A DNA stretch of 62,263 bases, filler included, from Candidatus Zapsychrus exili (GCA_030765585.1; 4 parts of 4 records of this genome joined end to end with filler, not necessarily neighbours in it); one strand, 5' to 3'. Shown: positions 41,393 to 51,213, counted from the whole stretch's first letter. A program made the numbers and translations. Notes: generated by a model not told the origin, from the sequence alone.

Positions 41393-41504
41393 AATTATTT
41401 GAAAAATAATTCATTTCGAGGAGCAAAGCGATGAGAAATCAATATAATTAAAGATCTCTCACGTTTGTTCGAGATCCTCATAAAATTTCTATGAAATTTT
41501 ATTC

Positions 41505-41596
41505 GGAGGGGTGTCTGAGTGGTTGAAAGAGCACGCTTGGAAAGCGTGTGGCTGTCGCAAGATGGCTCGAGAGTTCGAATCTCTCCTCCTCCGCCA
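41505..41596 (+). tRNA. tRNA-Ser(GGA)
   Basis: GGAGGGG/CTCCTCC acceptor stem, CACGC-TTGGAAA-GCGTG, long variable arm, GTTCGAATC, encoded CCA. Confidence 0.96.
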
Positions 41597-41825
41597 TTTT
41601 TATAATATAAAATTGGCGGAGATTGGCAACCTATTTAGATTTAGCGGAAGTTGCCAATATCGTTAATTTTGCATTACAAACGGATTAACGGGATTGATAG
41701 TTTTTCTAATGCTCGAATGTGACTATCGATACCGCTTTGCTTCGGAGAAGAGATGAGAATTTATTCGTATGCAATTATTCATTTAATTTTTAGATAAAAT
41801 TGCATCCTGCGAGCGAAAGCGAGTA

Positions 41826-41845
41826 GAATCTCTCCTCCTCCGCCA
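41826..41845 (+). repeat. 20-bp direct repeat of tRNA-Ser(GGA) 3' end
   Basis: GAATCTCTCCTCCTCCGCCA identical to 41577-41596. Confidence 0.92.
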
Positions 41846-41922
41846 GTTTTGCTTGCAAAACTGGCGGAAATCAATGGCCTCATTTCAAAGAAGAGAGAGC
41901 AGTTTAAGTTAAAAGAGTTACT

Positions 41923-42456
41923 ATGGATATTGAAAAATTCTGGAACAAAGCATTAAAAAATACTGAAATAATAAGATCTCGCATACAGGCTCTTGGAGTT
42001 AATTCAGAGACGCATGTCCCATATATCTTATTGTCTGAGTCAACTATAAACATTGGCGATACAATAGTCAGAAAGGGCGAGGTAGTGGTCGAAAAACCGT
42101 CGCTTATAGTCCCGCCTCATAATCCTCAATTTGAAGGATTTGATTTTGATGCAGAAGATACCGTTAATCAAAATTCGCTTATAAACTTCTTATTGGTACG
42201 TGGCGTAAGCATACCATCTTTACGTTATGATAATAAAACACATTCATTAGATGTATTCGAAGGAAAATTATCCGCTGCTATTAAAAGCTATAAAGAAGAT
42301 CTTAACAAACAAGAGAATGTGAAGTCAGGACTTATTGCAGGTCCTGAAGACTGCTGGCAGTTTTCATTGCTTATTTTTATATGTTCTCAAATAGCCCGTA
42401 ATGCAGATAATGACATAAGAAAACTTTTAGAAAAACATAAACAAGGCGAACAATAA
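41923..42456 (+). CDS. Hypothetical protein
   Basis: 177 aa ORF, co-oriented and 4 nt from the protease gene. Confidence 0.75.
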   Translation: MDIEKFWNKALKNTEIIRSRIQALGVNSETHVPYILLSESTINIGDTIVRKGEVVVEKPSLIVPPHNPQFEGFDFDAEDTVNQNSLINFLLVRGVSIPSLRYDNKTHSLDVFEGKLSAAIKSYKEDLNKQENVKSGLIAGPEDCWQFSLLIFICSQIARNADNDIRKLLEKHKQGEQ

Positions 42457-42460
42457 TATT

Positions 42461-45049
42461 ATGAAAAAAACAATTATCTTTTTGTTATCAATAGTGTTCT
42501 TAGTATCGATTTCTTCTTTATCTTTTTCAAGTGAGATAAAAACTTCAAAACATATATTAGAAAATGGCCTTACAGTATTAATAAGTGAAATGCCTTCAAA
42601 AGAGGTAGCTTCGCTGTATGCTGTTGTCAAAACAGGTTCTGCTACAGAAGGGAAGCTTTTAGGAAGTGGGATATCACATTTTTTAGAACACATGCTTTTT
42701 AAGGGCACAGATAACCGCAAAGTGGGTCAGATAGCTTCTGAGGTAGGAGCTTTGGGGGGTACTATAAATGCATCAACAAATAAAGATTTAACAAAATATA
42801 CTATAACCATTGGTTCTGAGCATGTAGATAAGGCTTTGGATATATTGTCTGATATGTTGATGAATTCATCATTTGATTTAGAAGAATTAGAAAAAGAAAG
42901 AGAAGTGGTAATAGCTGAAATAAGAAAGCATACTGATAATCCTGATTGGATATTAGACGACATAGCATTTAGTAACGAGTACATAGTGCATCCCTACAAG
43001 CATCCTATTATAGGATATGAGAATCTTTTGTCTAAAGTCTCAAGAGAGAATCTTTTAGAGTATTATAAGACTTTCTATTCTCCGAATAATATAGTTCTTT
43101 CGATTGCTGGAGGAATAAAAGAGAATGATGTGATTGAAAAGGTTGAAAAATATTTTGGGGAATTTGAAAGGTGCTTAGACACTATTAGAAATTTGCCAGA
43201 GGAGCCAGAACAGATAAGTCAGAGATACTATGAGACAAGCTATCCGACAGATGTCGCAAGGTTAGTTATGATGTATTCAGGCACAGGTTTGTTGCATAAA
43301 GATTTGTATGCTCTAGATGTGCTCGCCACTATTTTAGGTCAAGGCGAAAGCTCACGTCTATATTTAGATATTTTTAAGAAGCAGGGTTTAGTATATTCTG
43401 TTTCTGCGTATAATTATACTCCTTATGGCAGAGGCTTTTTTGAGATACAGGCATCACTTAGCGATGAAAATATAGATAGAGCAAGACAAGAGATTTTAAA
43501 ACAGATTGATATGGCTAAAGAGGGCGGCATTACTGAAGAAGATTTAAATAGAGCTAAAAAAAGAATGATAAGTAGTTATGTTTTAGATAGGCAATGGCCA
43601 TATCAGGTAGCTCTATCATCAGCGCTTGATGAGGTATTTACAGGAGATTATAAATTTTCTAAAAAGTATTCTGAGCATATAGATAGCATTTCGTTAGATG
43701 ATATAAAGAGTATGGCAAATAAATATTTTAGAGATGATAGATTGACAACAATTGTAATGAGAACAAAGCCAAAAGAAAAAGACGATGTTAAGATTGAAGA
43801 AGCGCAATCAAGCGATATAAAAAAACATAAATTAAAGAATGGAATAACAGTTCTTATAAAAGAAGATCATCCTTCAAAAATAGTGTCTATGTTAATAGCT
43901 TCAGAGGGGGGACTTAATCAAGAGCCTAAAGGACTAGAAGGCTTATCAAATTTAACAGCTACTATGTTCACGAAGGGAACAAAAACAAAGACTGCTGAAG
44001 AAATATCTATGTTTGCTGAGTCATTAGGCATTAGAATAGGCGGTTTTTCTGGAGTAAATAGTTTTGGCATCTCCCTTGAGTGCATATCTTCCGATTTTAA
44101 AGAGGCATTTGATCTTTTGGAAGATGTTGTTAAAAATCCGATATTTAAGCAGGAAGAATTGGATAAATTGAAAGAAACATCTAGGGCAAGTATTATGAGA
44201 AAGCAGGATAGTATTTTTTATATAACGTCAAAGGAGCTTAAGAAAAATTTATTTAAAGGACATGCGCTTAAAAATGAAATAGAAGGAAGCCTGGAGTCTA
44301 TAGATATGATAAAGCAAAAAGACTTGATAGACTTTCATAATAGCTTATTAACGCCTGGCAATATTGTTATATCTATTTTTGGAGATATTAAAGAGGACGA
44401 TGCCTTAAAACTTATCGACGATACATTTGGAAGTATTAAGTATAAAAATGTTGATTTAAAAGCGGGTAAAGCAGAAGAGATAAAGAAGGCTGTTTATAAG
44501 GAAGTATTTGAAGATAAAGAACAGTCTATGGTTATGTTCGGTTTTCAGGGCAGCAGTTTTGAAAGCAAAGATCGTTGGGCCCTTAAGGTGCTATCAAATA
44601 TATTGGGTGCATCTTTTAACGGAAGAATATTTTCAAATATTAGAGATAAGATGGGAAAGGCGTATTCTTTGGGAGGTGGTTTTATTCCAAGCAAAGATTT
44701 AGGATTTGTTTATTTGTACGCTATTACGTCGAAAGAGGAAGTGGAAGATGTAAAAGGGCTTATTGAGAACGAAATAAGAAAAATACAAGAAGAAGAGGTA
44801 AATCTGCTAGAGTTAACAAATATAAAAGAATATATAAAAGGATCATTTAAATCTGGTCATCAGGTAAATTCTGCATTAAGCTTTAGAAGCAATTTGGATG
44901 AATTATACGGATTGGGATTTGATAACTATAAGAATCATGACCAGAATATTGAAAATGTTACATCAAAAGATGTTAAAAGAGTTGCAAGCAAATATTTAGA
45001 CCTTAACAAAGCTGTTATTGTTACAACTAAACCTCAAAACAATAAATAG
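42461..45049 (+). CDS. M16 (pitrilysin/PqqL-like) zinc protease
   Basis: Signal peptide; HFLEHMLFKGT (HxxEH); second inactive half. Confidence 0.94.
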   Translation: MKKTIIFLLSIVFLVSISSLSFSSEIKTSKHILENGLTVLISEMPSKEVASLYAVVKTGSATEGKLLGSGISHFLEHMLFKGTDNRKVGQIASEVGALGGTINASTNKDLTKYTITIGSEHVDKALDILSDMLMNSSFDLEELEKEREVVIAEIRKHTDNPDWILDDIAFSNEYIVHPYKHPIIGYENLLSKVSRENLLEYYKTFYSPNNIVLSIAGGIKENDVIEKVEKYFGEFERCLDTIRNLPEEPEQISQRYYETSYPTDVARLVMMYSGTGLLHKDLYALDVLATILGQGESSRLYLDIFKKQGLVYSVSAYNYTPYGRGFFEIQASLSDENIDRARQEILKQIDMAKEGGITEEDLNRAKKRMISSYVLDRQWPYQVALSSALDEVFTGDYKFSKKYSEHIDSISLDDIKSMANKYFRDDRLTTIVMRTKPKEKDDVKIEEAQSSDIKKHKLKNGITVLIKEDHPSKIVSMLIASEGGLNQEPKGLEGLSNLTATMFTKGTKTKTAEEISMFAESLGIRIGGFSGVNSFGISLECISSDFKEAFDLLEDVVKNPIFKQEELDKLKETSRASIMRKQDSIFYITSKELKKNLFKGHALKNEIEGSLESIDMIKQKDLIDFHNSLLTPGNIVISIFGDIKEDDALKLIDDTFGSIKYKNVDLKAGKAEEIKKAVYKEVFEDKEQSMVMFGFQGSSFESKDRWALKVLSNILGASFNGRIFSNIRDKMGKAYSLGGGFIPSKDLGFVYLYAITSKEEVEDVKGLIENEIRKIQEEEVNLLELTNIKEYIKGSFKSGHQVNSALSFRSNLDELYGLGFDNYKNHDQNIENVTSKDVKRVASKYLDLNKAVIVTTKPQNNK

Positions 45050-45128
45050 TTTATATTTTTTCAATAGCCAAAATCGGTTTACAACAGTATTAAACGATGT
45101 TAAAGTATAAAAAACGTAAACGTAAGGT

Positions 45129-46499
45129 ATGTCACAAGATATGGATAAAATAAGACTTTTAGAATTAGAAGATAGAATAGTTAATGCTCTTTTGGGAAAG
45201 ATGACTCTTCTTCAACCCCAGAAAGATAAGGAAGATCTTGTTACAAATGCCCTTAATGAAATATTTGAAGGTGAGGAATTTTCAGATATTAAAAGCGAGT
45301 TATCTAAAGAATCAAACAGAGTTATCTTCGTTCAGGATTTTCTTTCCTACGGAATAGTTACCGAAATATTATGCGATATGAATGTAGAGGATGTTACTGT
45401 AAATAATTTGAAACCTATCTATATGCATCATAGTCAAAAAGGTTTTGTCTCTACAAATAAAAGTTTCTCAAGTCAAAAAGAGGTAGATCTTTTCGTAAGA
45501 AAGCTATTGCTTTTTTCTGGAAGAAGCAATCTTACTAAAATAATGAATTTGGAATTACCAAATCTTGAAGGAAGAGTTAATATCGCGCTTTCAACATTTG
45601 GCCCGCAAATTACGATAACAAAAGCAAAGGTCACACCTTTAAGTATAATAGATCTTATTAGGCTTGGAACTATGTCGCATGAAGTTGCTGCTCAGTTGTG
45701 GATTTATTTAGAAGGTCTGGCTATAAGACCAGCTAATATAATGATAGCAGGCGGACCAGGGGTTGGTAAAACAACGCTATTAAATTCGCTGCTTAGTTTT
45801 ATACCAAGTGCAGACCGTATTGTTGTAATTGAAGACACGCTTGAGTTAAATACATTTTTAGAAGAAAGTTGCTCAAGGCTCGAGAGCGATGATGAATTGA
45901 CCATGGCTGATCTTGTAAAGAATGCTTTGCGCATGAGACCAGAAAGAATAATCGTAGGTGAGGTTCGTGGCGAGGAAGCGAAGGATATGGTAACAGCCTG
46001 TAATGTTGGTAAGTATTGTATGGGAACAATTCATGCTTTAACTTCAAGAGAAGCTATTATAAGGCTTCAAAACGAACCTATGAATATCCCAGAGATGTTG
46101 ATTAATTTGATAGATGTTTTTATTGTTCTTAAGAGATATCATGTTAAGGATAGAATTTTCCGAGTGATTGATGAGGTAAGCGAAACAAGCGGAATGGAGC
46201 AGGTAAAGATATTGCTTTCACAGGTGTATAAATACGATTATGACGCTCTTAGCATGAGACAGATTAATCCTAGTACGGTTTACAGGGATAGATTAAGTCA
46301 ACAGTCAGGCTTGACGCCAAAAGATATAATTAAAGAGCATATGTTAAGAACATTTTTGCTTAAGAAGCTAGATGAGCGTAACATTATAACAATGAAGGAA
46401 GTTGGAGCGTTTTGTCAGGCTTATGCTAGAAACTCAAACAATGCAGTAGCGTCTATGGGAATGGACCGCGAAGACCTATTAAAAAGAATAAATTTATAA
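45129..46499 (+). CDS. CpaF/VirB11-family secretion ATPase
   Basis: GGPGVGKTTLLN, IEDTLEL, ALRMRPERIIVGEVRG, GTIHA. Confidence 0.9.
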   Translation: MSQDMDKIRLLELEDRIVNALLGKMTLLQPQKDKEDLVTNALNEIFEGEEFSDIKSELSKESNRVIFVQDFLSYGIVTEILCDMNVEDVTVNNLKPIYMHHSQKGFVSTNKSFSSQKEVDLFVRKLLLFSGRSNLTKIMNLELPNLEGRVNIALSTFGPQITITKAKVTPLSIIDLIRLGTMSHEVAAQLWIYLEGLAIRPANIMIAGGPGVGKTTLLNSLLSFIPSADRIVVIEDTLELNTFLEESCSRLESDDELTMADLVKNALRMRPERIIVGEVRGEEAKDMVTACNVGKYCMGTIHALTSREAIIRLQNEPMNIPEMLINLIDVFIVLKRYHVKDRIFRVIDEVSETSGMEQVKILLSQVYKYDYDALSMRQINPSTVYRDRLSQQSGLTPKDIIKEHMLRTFLLKKLDERNIITMKEVGAFCQAYARNSNNAVASMGMDREDLLKRINL

Positions 46500-46607
46500 A
46501 TAATATTATAAATTTAGCATATCCTACCAAATTAAAATCCTACAAAAGCCCCTTTACAGTGTTTCGTAAATCTGCTATAAAATTAGCAGCAGTTTAAGAA
46601 TTTTTAT

Positions 46608-46681
46608 GCGCCTGTGGCTCAATTGGATAGAGCATCTGTCTACGGAACAGAAGGTTGGAGGTTCGAGTCCTCCCGGGCGCG
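46608..46681 (+). tRNA. tRNA-Arg(ACG)
   Basis: GCGCCTG/CGGGCGC acceptor, TCTGT-CTACGGA-ACAGA, GGTTCGAGTCC; CCA not encoded. Confidence 0.96.
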
Positions 46682-46714
46682 TTTATAAAATATATTTAAT
46701 TGGATAAGCGTTTT

Positions 46715-48250
46715 ATGAAAAACAGCCTCTCTAGAAATAAAATTCCCCCTCTTAGTCCTTTTCCTAAAGAATTAGAACTTTGCAACACTATATTAGATCG
46801 CATAGGCGATGAAGTTATGGTTATAAATAAAGATGGAAAGATTGTGCATATAAATAATGCTGCTGCAAAAGGTTTGGGGTACTTAAAGGAGAAGATTATA
46901 GGTAAGAGTGTAGTAAAATTTTTAAAAAATAAAATTAGCGAGAAGAAGTGGAAAGAGACAGCTTTTATCGAAATAAAGAAAAAGAAAAAGCCGGTATCTT
47001 ATATTGTGGAAAGAATTGTAAAGGGCAAAAATATACGCTCAATTGATGTGACTGCTACTTATATGAAGTATGCAACAGAAGAGTATATTTTATCGGTTGC
47101 TCGTGATATTACAGAAAGACTGGAAATTCAAGAAAAGCTTAAAGAGTCCGAAGAACTTCATTCAACTCTTAGCGAGCAAGCCAGAGATGGCATAGTAACT
47201 TTCGATTCTGAGGGAAGTATTGTTTATGCTAATAAAGCATCTGAAGGATTTACAAAAGTTTCTTTGAGTAAGTCAAAGGGGTCTAATTTTATAAAGTTTG
47301 TTGCAAAAGATTCTTTGTTAAAATCCTTAGGCTTTTTTAGAAAAGTCAAACGAGGTATACCTGTAATTGCAGAAGAGATAAACCTTGTAGACAAGGATGG
47401 CGTTTCTGTCCCTGTTGAATTTACAGCATCTCCTATTTTAAAAAAGGGAAAAGTTGTCAACGTACACGTTATTATTAGAGATATAAGCAGGCGTAAACAT
47501 CTCGAGGAACTTGTGCGAGAGTCTGAAAAAATGAAGGCGCTTCGCGATGTTATAGCTGGCACAACTTATGAGGTACAACACCCCCTAAAAGGAGTCTTTG
47601 ATCAATGTCAAAAGTTGATAAAGAAATATGGGAAAAGAGATTTTGAATATGTAGGCTTTAAAGAGTTTAGGGATATTATTGATACTTTAAAAGTTGTAAG
47701 AGATCAATCAAAGAAATGTTTTGAGGTAACAGAAAAGCTACTTAGTTTGAACAAAAGAAAAGTTGGACTAAAAGAAGGTTGTTGTAATGTAAATGAGATT
47801 ATTGAAGAAACTGTAAATATATCTAAGCATCATATTGAAGAGGCTGGTGTTAAGCTAAAATTGAATTTGACCAAGAAAATACCAATGGCAGTAATTGGAC
47901 AGGTTGAGTTCAATCAGATTATTGTAAATGTTCTTACTAATGCTGTTCAAGCTATGCCCGCAGGAGGAAAAGCTATAATAAAAACTTCTTACCAAAAAAA
48001 TAAAAATGCTATTCTTGTGGAATGTTCTGATCAAGGTGTTGGTATTCCAAAAGAAGAGCTATCTCGCATCTTTGATCCATTTTTTACTACAAAATACGGT
48101 TCAGCAGAAAAAACTTCTGGACTTGGGCTTTCAATTGTCCATTCTATTATAAAAGCTTATAATGGAGAAATCTTTGTAAGTAGCACATTAAGAAAAGGTA
48201 CTGTTGTGCAGATGTTTCTTCCTAGATGTAAAACTAAATGTAAAAAGTAA
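46715..48250 (+). CDS. PAS-PAS sensor histidine kinase with atypical H-box
   Basis: Two PAS/PAC; N, G1, F, G2 boxes intact; H-box reads AGTTYEVQHPL. Confidence 0.88.
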   Translation: MKNSLSRNKIPPLSPFPKELELCNTILDRIGDEVMVINKDGKIVHINNAAAKGLGYLKEKIIGKSVVKFLKNKISEKKWKETAFIEIKKKKKPVSYIVERIVKGKNIRSIDVTATYMKYATEEYILSVARDITERLEIQEKLKESEELHSTLSEQARDGIVTFDSEGSIVYANKASEGFTKVSLSKSKGSNFIKFVAKDSLLKSLGFFRKVKRGIPVIAEEINLVDKDGVSVPVEFTASPILKKGKVVNVHVIIRDISRRKHLEELVRESEKMKALRDVIAGTTYEVQHPLKGVFDQCQKLIKKYGKRDFEYVGFKEFRDIIDTLKVVRDQSKKCFEVTEKLLSLNKRKVGLKEGCCNVNEIIEETVNISKHHIEEAGVKLKLNLTKKIPMAVIGQVEFNQIIVNVLTNAVQAMPAGGKAIIKTSYQKNKNAILVECSDQGVGIPKEELSRIFDPFFTTKYGSAEKTSGLGLSIVHSIIKAYNGEIFVSSTLRKGTVVQMFLPRCKTKCKK

Positions 48251-48273
48251 GTAATTTCTTTGGATTTCCATAA

Positions 48274-48738
48274 ATGACAGATACTTTAGACATGCAACAT
48301 GTTTTTTTTATGCAAGAGGCTTTAAAGCAAGCAAAGCAGGCAAGAGACAAGGATGAGGTTCCTGTTGGCACTGTAGTAGTGTTTGAGGGCAAGATAATTG
48401 CAAAAGCCCATAATCAGGTTGAGATGTTAAAGGATCCTACTGCACATGCTGAAATGATAGCTATAACGCAAGCCACAAGTTGTTTATCTTCTAAGTGGCT
48501 TGAAAATTGTAGTATGTATGTAACCATTGAACCTTGTAGTATGTGTGCCGGAGCGCTTGTTTTAGCTAGAATAAAAAATCTTTATTTTGGCGCTGCCGAT
48601 TCTAAAGCAGGAGCGTGCGGATCAGTAATGAATATTGTCGAGAATAAACAGTTGAATCATAGGGTGGATGTGTTTGGAGGAGTTTTAGCTGAAGAATGCT
48701 CTAATTTGATGAAAAAGTTTTTTAAGACAAAAAGATAA
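48274..48738 (+). CDS. tadA: tRNA adenosine(34) deaminase
   Basis: EVPVG, DPTAHAE, EPCSMCAGA, LNHR. Confidence 0.95.
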   Translation: MTDTLDMQHVFFMQEALKQAKQARDKDEVPVGTVVVFEGKIIAKAHNQVEMLKDPTAHAEMIAITQATSCLSSKWLENCSMYVTIEPCSMCAGALVLARIKNLYFGAADSKAGACGSVMNIVENKQLNHRVDVFGGVLAEECSNLMKKFFKTKR

Positions 48739-48812
48739 ACACTTCGCTCTTTACAGTACTAAGAATATCTGGTATAAAATAGGTTCAATTTTGTTAAAGA
48801 AGAGGAAATGAT

Positions 48813-49061
48813 TTGTGTTGCACGTATATATTGATTAGTAAGGATAGGTTGCATACATATGTTGGTAGTACGTCTAACATGGATAGGCGTTTTAAAGAAC
48901 ATAATTTAGGTAAAGTTGTATATAGTAAGAAATTTGTGCCATATGATATTTTATATATGGAAGAATTTGATAATATTGTAGAAGCTAGAAGGCGCGAAGA
49001 ATATTACAAGAGTACTTCTGGTAGGCGCAAAATTAAACATATAATAAGTATTAAGAAGTAA
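48813..49061 (+). CDS. Small GIY-YIG nuclease
   Basis: TYILIS...TYVGST.N..RRFKEHN.G, EARRRE.YYKS.SGR; start uncertain. Confidence 0.85.
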   Translation: MCCTYILISKDRLHTYVGSTSNMDRRFKEHNLGKVVYSKKFVPYDILYMEEFDNIVEARRREEYYKSTSGRRKIKHIISIKK

Positions 49062-49127
49062 TTGGAGAGTCCGCCGTTCATCTTTGATGAATGGCGAGAC
49101 CTCTCCAAAATTTTCTTCGAAAATTTT

Positions 49128-49167
49128 GGAGAGGTGCCAGAGTGGTTGAATGGAGCTCACTGCTAAT
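49128..49167 (+). pseudogene. 5' half of tRNA-Ser(GCT), broken at the anticodon loop
   Basis: GGAGAGG-TG-CCAGAGTGGTTGAATGG-A-GCTCA-CTGCTAA-T then unrelated sequence; no 3' half found in the window. Confidence 0.8.
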
Positions 49168-49936
49168 CGCATCTGACCAAGAGTTGTAAACCCTTCTGTT
49201 TCTTGCAAATGCGTCTATTACCAATAAGTTACAACAAAAAACCAATGTTATAAACTACCACTTTTTGACACTTTTTATGTCCTCTTAAAACACCGTTTTA
49301 GCACAACCCCATTTTTAGTAAAAAACATTTCATCAAAAGTTTTCTGGCAATAAATTTTTAACAAAAAATCAGCTTATAAAATCATCTGAAAATTGATTTT
49401 TTTAATCTGACTGTCACAAAGTTCCATTTCTTTGATTCCATCCAATTTGTTCGACGACAAATTTAAATTATTTTAAAAGGAACTAACTGTCAGTCAGCCA
49501 TTTACGCATAGGTGGTGCTAGAATGGTGCTAAGATGTGCTAAGCAAAAAAATGTTTTTAGGCCTGTATTTAGCGCTAGAAAGAAATTACATAGCACCATT
49601 CTTGCACTACTAAAATGCCTGATTGTTGCATGGATTATCAAAAGCTTATTAAATAGCACCGTTATAGCACTATTTTAGTATAATTCTTGATTCTTACATT
49701 TAAGAGAAAAATTTGTCATTTTTTTAAGAAGCTTCTATTATGACTAAAAGAACACTATCTGTAATTGTATTGATAGCTTTCTTAATACTGTTTTACAGCA
49801 ATTATATGGAAATCAAGATATAAACTTGAAAGATGCAAAAGATTCATTGGAAGCTATTAAAGAAATTATTGTGTTGTTAGGCCAGGAGATAGGGAAGCAT
49901 TAAATCTTGTATTTTATGTTTTTCTATGTTATGCTT

Positions 49937-49961
49937 TTGTTAAACAATGTTTGTTTAACAA
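49937..49961. promoter_or_regulatory. Inverted repeat upstream of fic (possible autoregulatory operator)
   Basis: TTGTTAAACA-N5-TGTTTAACAA. Confidence 0.5.
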
Positions 49962-49989
49962 TGATGGTTTAACAAGAAGGGGTTTTTGC

Positions 49990-50967
49990 ATGAATCCACC
50001 ATATACAATTACAAAAGAAATATTAAAGTTATGTGAAGATATATTTCTTATGTTGGGGAAATACGAGGGGTTGGCTTTGCCAACCCCAAAGCCCCAACTT
50101 AGGAAACATACTAAGATTGTGACTATTCATTCAAGCCTTGCTATTGAAGGCAACACATTAAGCGTTGACCAAGTCACTGATATTATAAACAATAAAAAGG
50201 TTGTTGGGCCTAAAAAGGATATTTTAGAGGTAAAAAATGCTATCAAAGCTTACGATCTCTTAGATAAGTATGAACCAGAGAGCTTAGAATCATTACTTAA
50301 TGCTCATAAAGTTTTAATGGACGGTTTGGTTGATAATCCCGGCAAACTAAGAAAGGTTAATGTTGGAGTTGGAGGCGAAGGCAAAATTATACATATGGCG
50401 CCTAAATTTACAATGGTTCCTGAATTAATGAATAATCTTTTCTCGTTTATGAAGGAAGAGAAAGACCTTACCCCATTAATTAAGTCAAGCATATTTCATT
50501 ATGAATTTGAATTTATACACCCATTTATTGACGGCAACGGACGTATTGGGAGATTATGGCAATCTGTTATGTTATATAATTATCGTGAGATTTTTGCTTA
50601 TATTCCGATAGAGACAATTATCCGGCGCCGTCAAATGGAATATTATGAGGCACTTCAAGAGTCAACAAAACAGGGCGAGTCTACTGCATTTATTAAGTAT
50701 ATGCTTGAGATTATTAAAGAGGCTGCTCTTGAGCTGACCAAGAAAGTTAGACCATCAAATCAGCAGACAGAAATCAGATTAGATTTGGCTAAAGAACATT
50801 TTAAAGATAAAGAATTTAATAGAGGGGATTATCTTAGAATTCATAATAATATTTCGCCAACAAGTGCAACAAGAGATTTAGCTATTGCTGTTGAAAAAGA
50901 GGTTTTGGAAAAGAATGGAGAATTAAATAAGAGAAAGTATAAATTTATTCCTGAAACCATCGATTAG
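49990..50967 (+). CDS. Fic-domain protein with C-terminal HTH-like region
   Basis: SSLAIEGN inhibitory motif, HPFIDGNGRIGR catalytic motif, SATRDL; start at ATG 49990. Confidence 0.93.
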   Translation: MNPPYTITKEILKLCEDIFLMLGKYEGLALPTPKPQLRKHTKIVTIHSSLAIEGNTLSVDQVTDIINNKKVVGPKKDILEVKNAIKAYDLLDKYEPESLESLLNAHKVLMDGLVDNPGKLRKVNVGVGGEGKIIHMAPKFTMVPELMNNLFSFMKEEKDLTPLIKSSIFHYEFEFIHPFIDGNGRIGRLWQSVMLYNYREIFAYIPIETIIRRRQMEYYEALQESTKQGESTAFIKYMLEIIKEAALELTKKVRPSNQQTEIRLDLAKEHFKDKEFNRGDYLRIHNNISPTSATRDLAIAVEKEVLEKNGELNKRKYKFIPETID

Positions 50968-51179
50968 CATATAGAATCAGAAATTCAGAAAAGTGTTGAA
51001 TTTAGGAAAGCTTATAAAGAAGAGAATGCTAATCTTCAAACAAGACGCAAGAGACCATCTTCTGAATAATGCGAATAGTCGGACAATGAGTGGTGTTAGT
51101 TCTTCTTGATTAGCCATTTGTGCGCTATATACTATTATTAGTTAGAGCGGGAACGGCTATTATCCATTTAAGTTACAGT

Positions 51180-51213
51180 AAAAGGGGAGTGATTAATTTC
51201 ACTCCCCTTTTTT
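51180..51213. terminator. Bidirectional intrinsic terminator
   Basis: AAAAGGGGAGTGA-loop-TCACTCCCCTTTTTT. Confidence 0.8.

Noticed and set aside
46608..48738. tRNA-Arg(ACG) close to its modifying enzyme tadA
   Set aside because: Functionally coherent but not novel, and separated by an unrelated kinase
49168..49900. Self-splicing intron in tRNA-Ser(GCT)
   Set aside because: No GTGCG group II start, no recognisable group I core, and no 3' exon in the window
50968..51069. Possible antitoxin N-terminal remnant (HIESEIQKSVEFRKAYKEE)
   Set aside because: Too short and lacks a start; cannot be supported without a search
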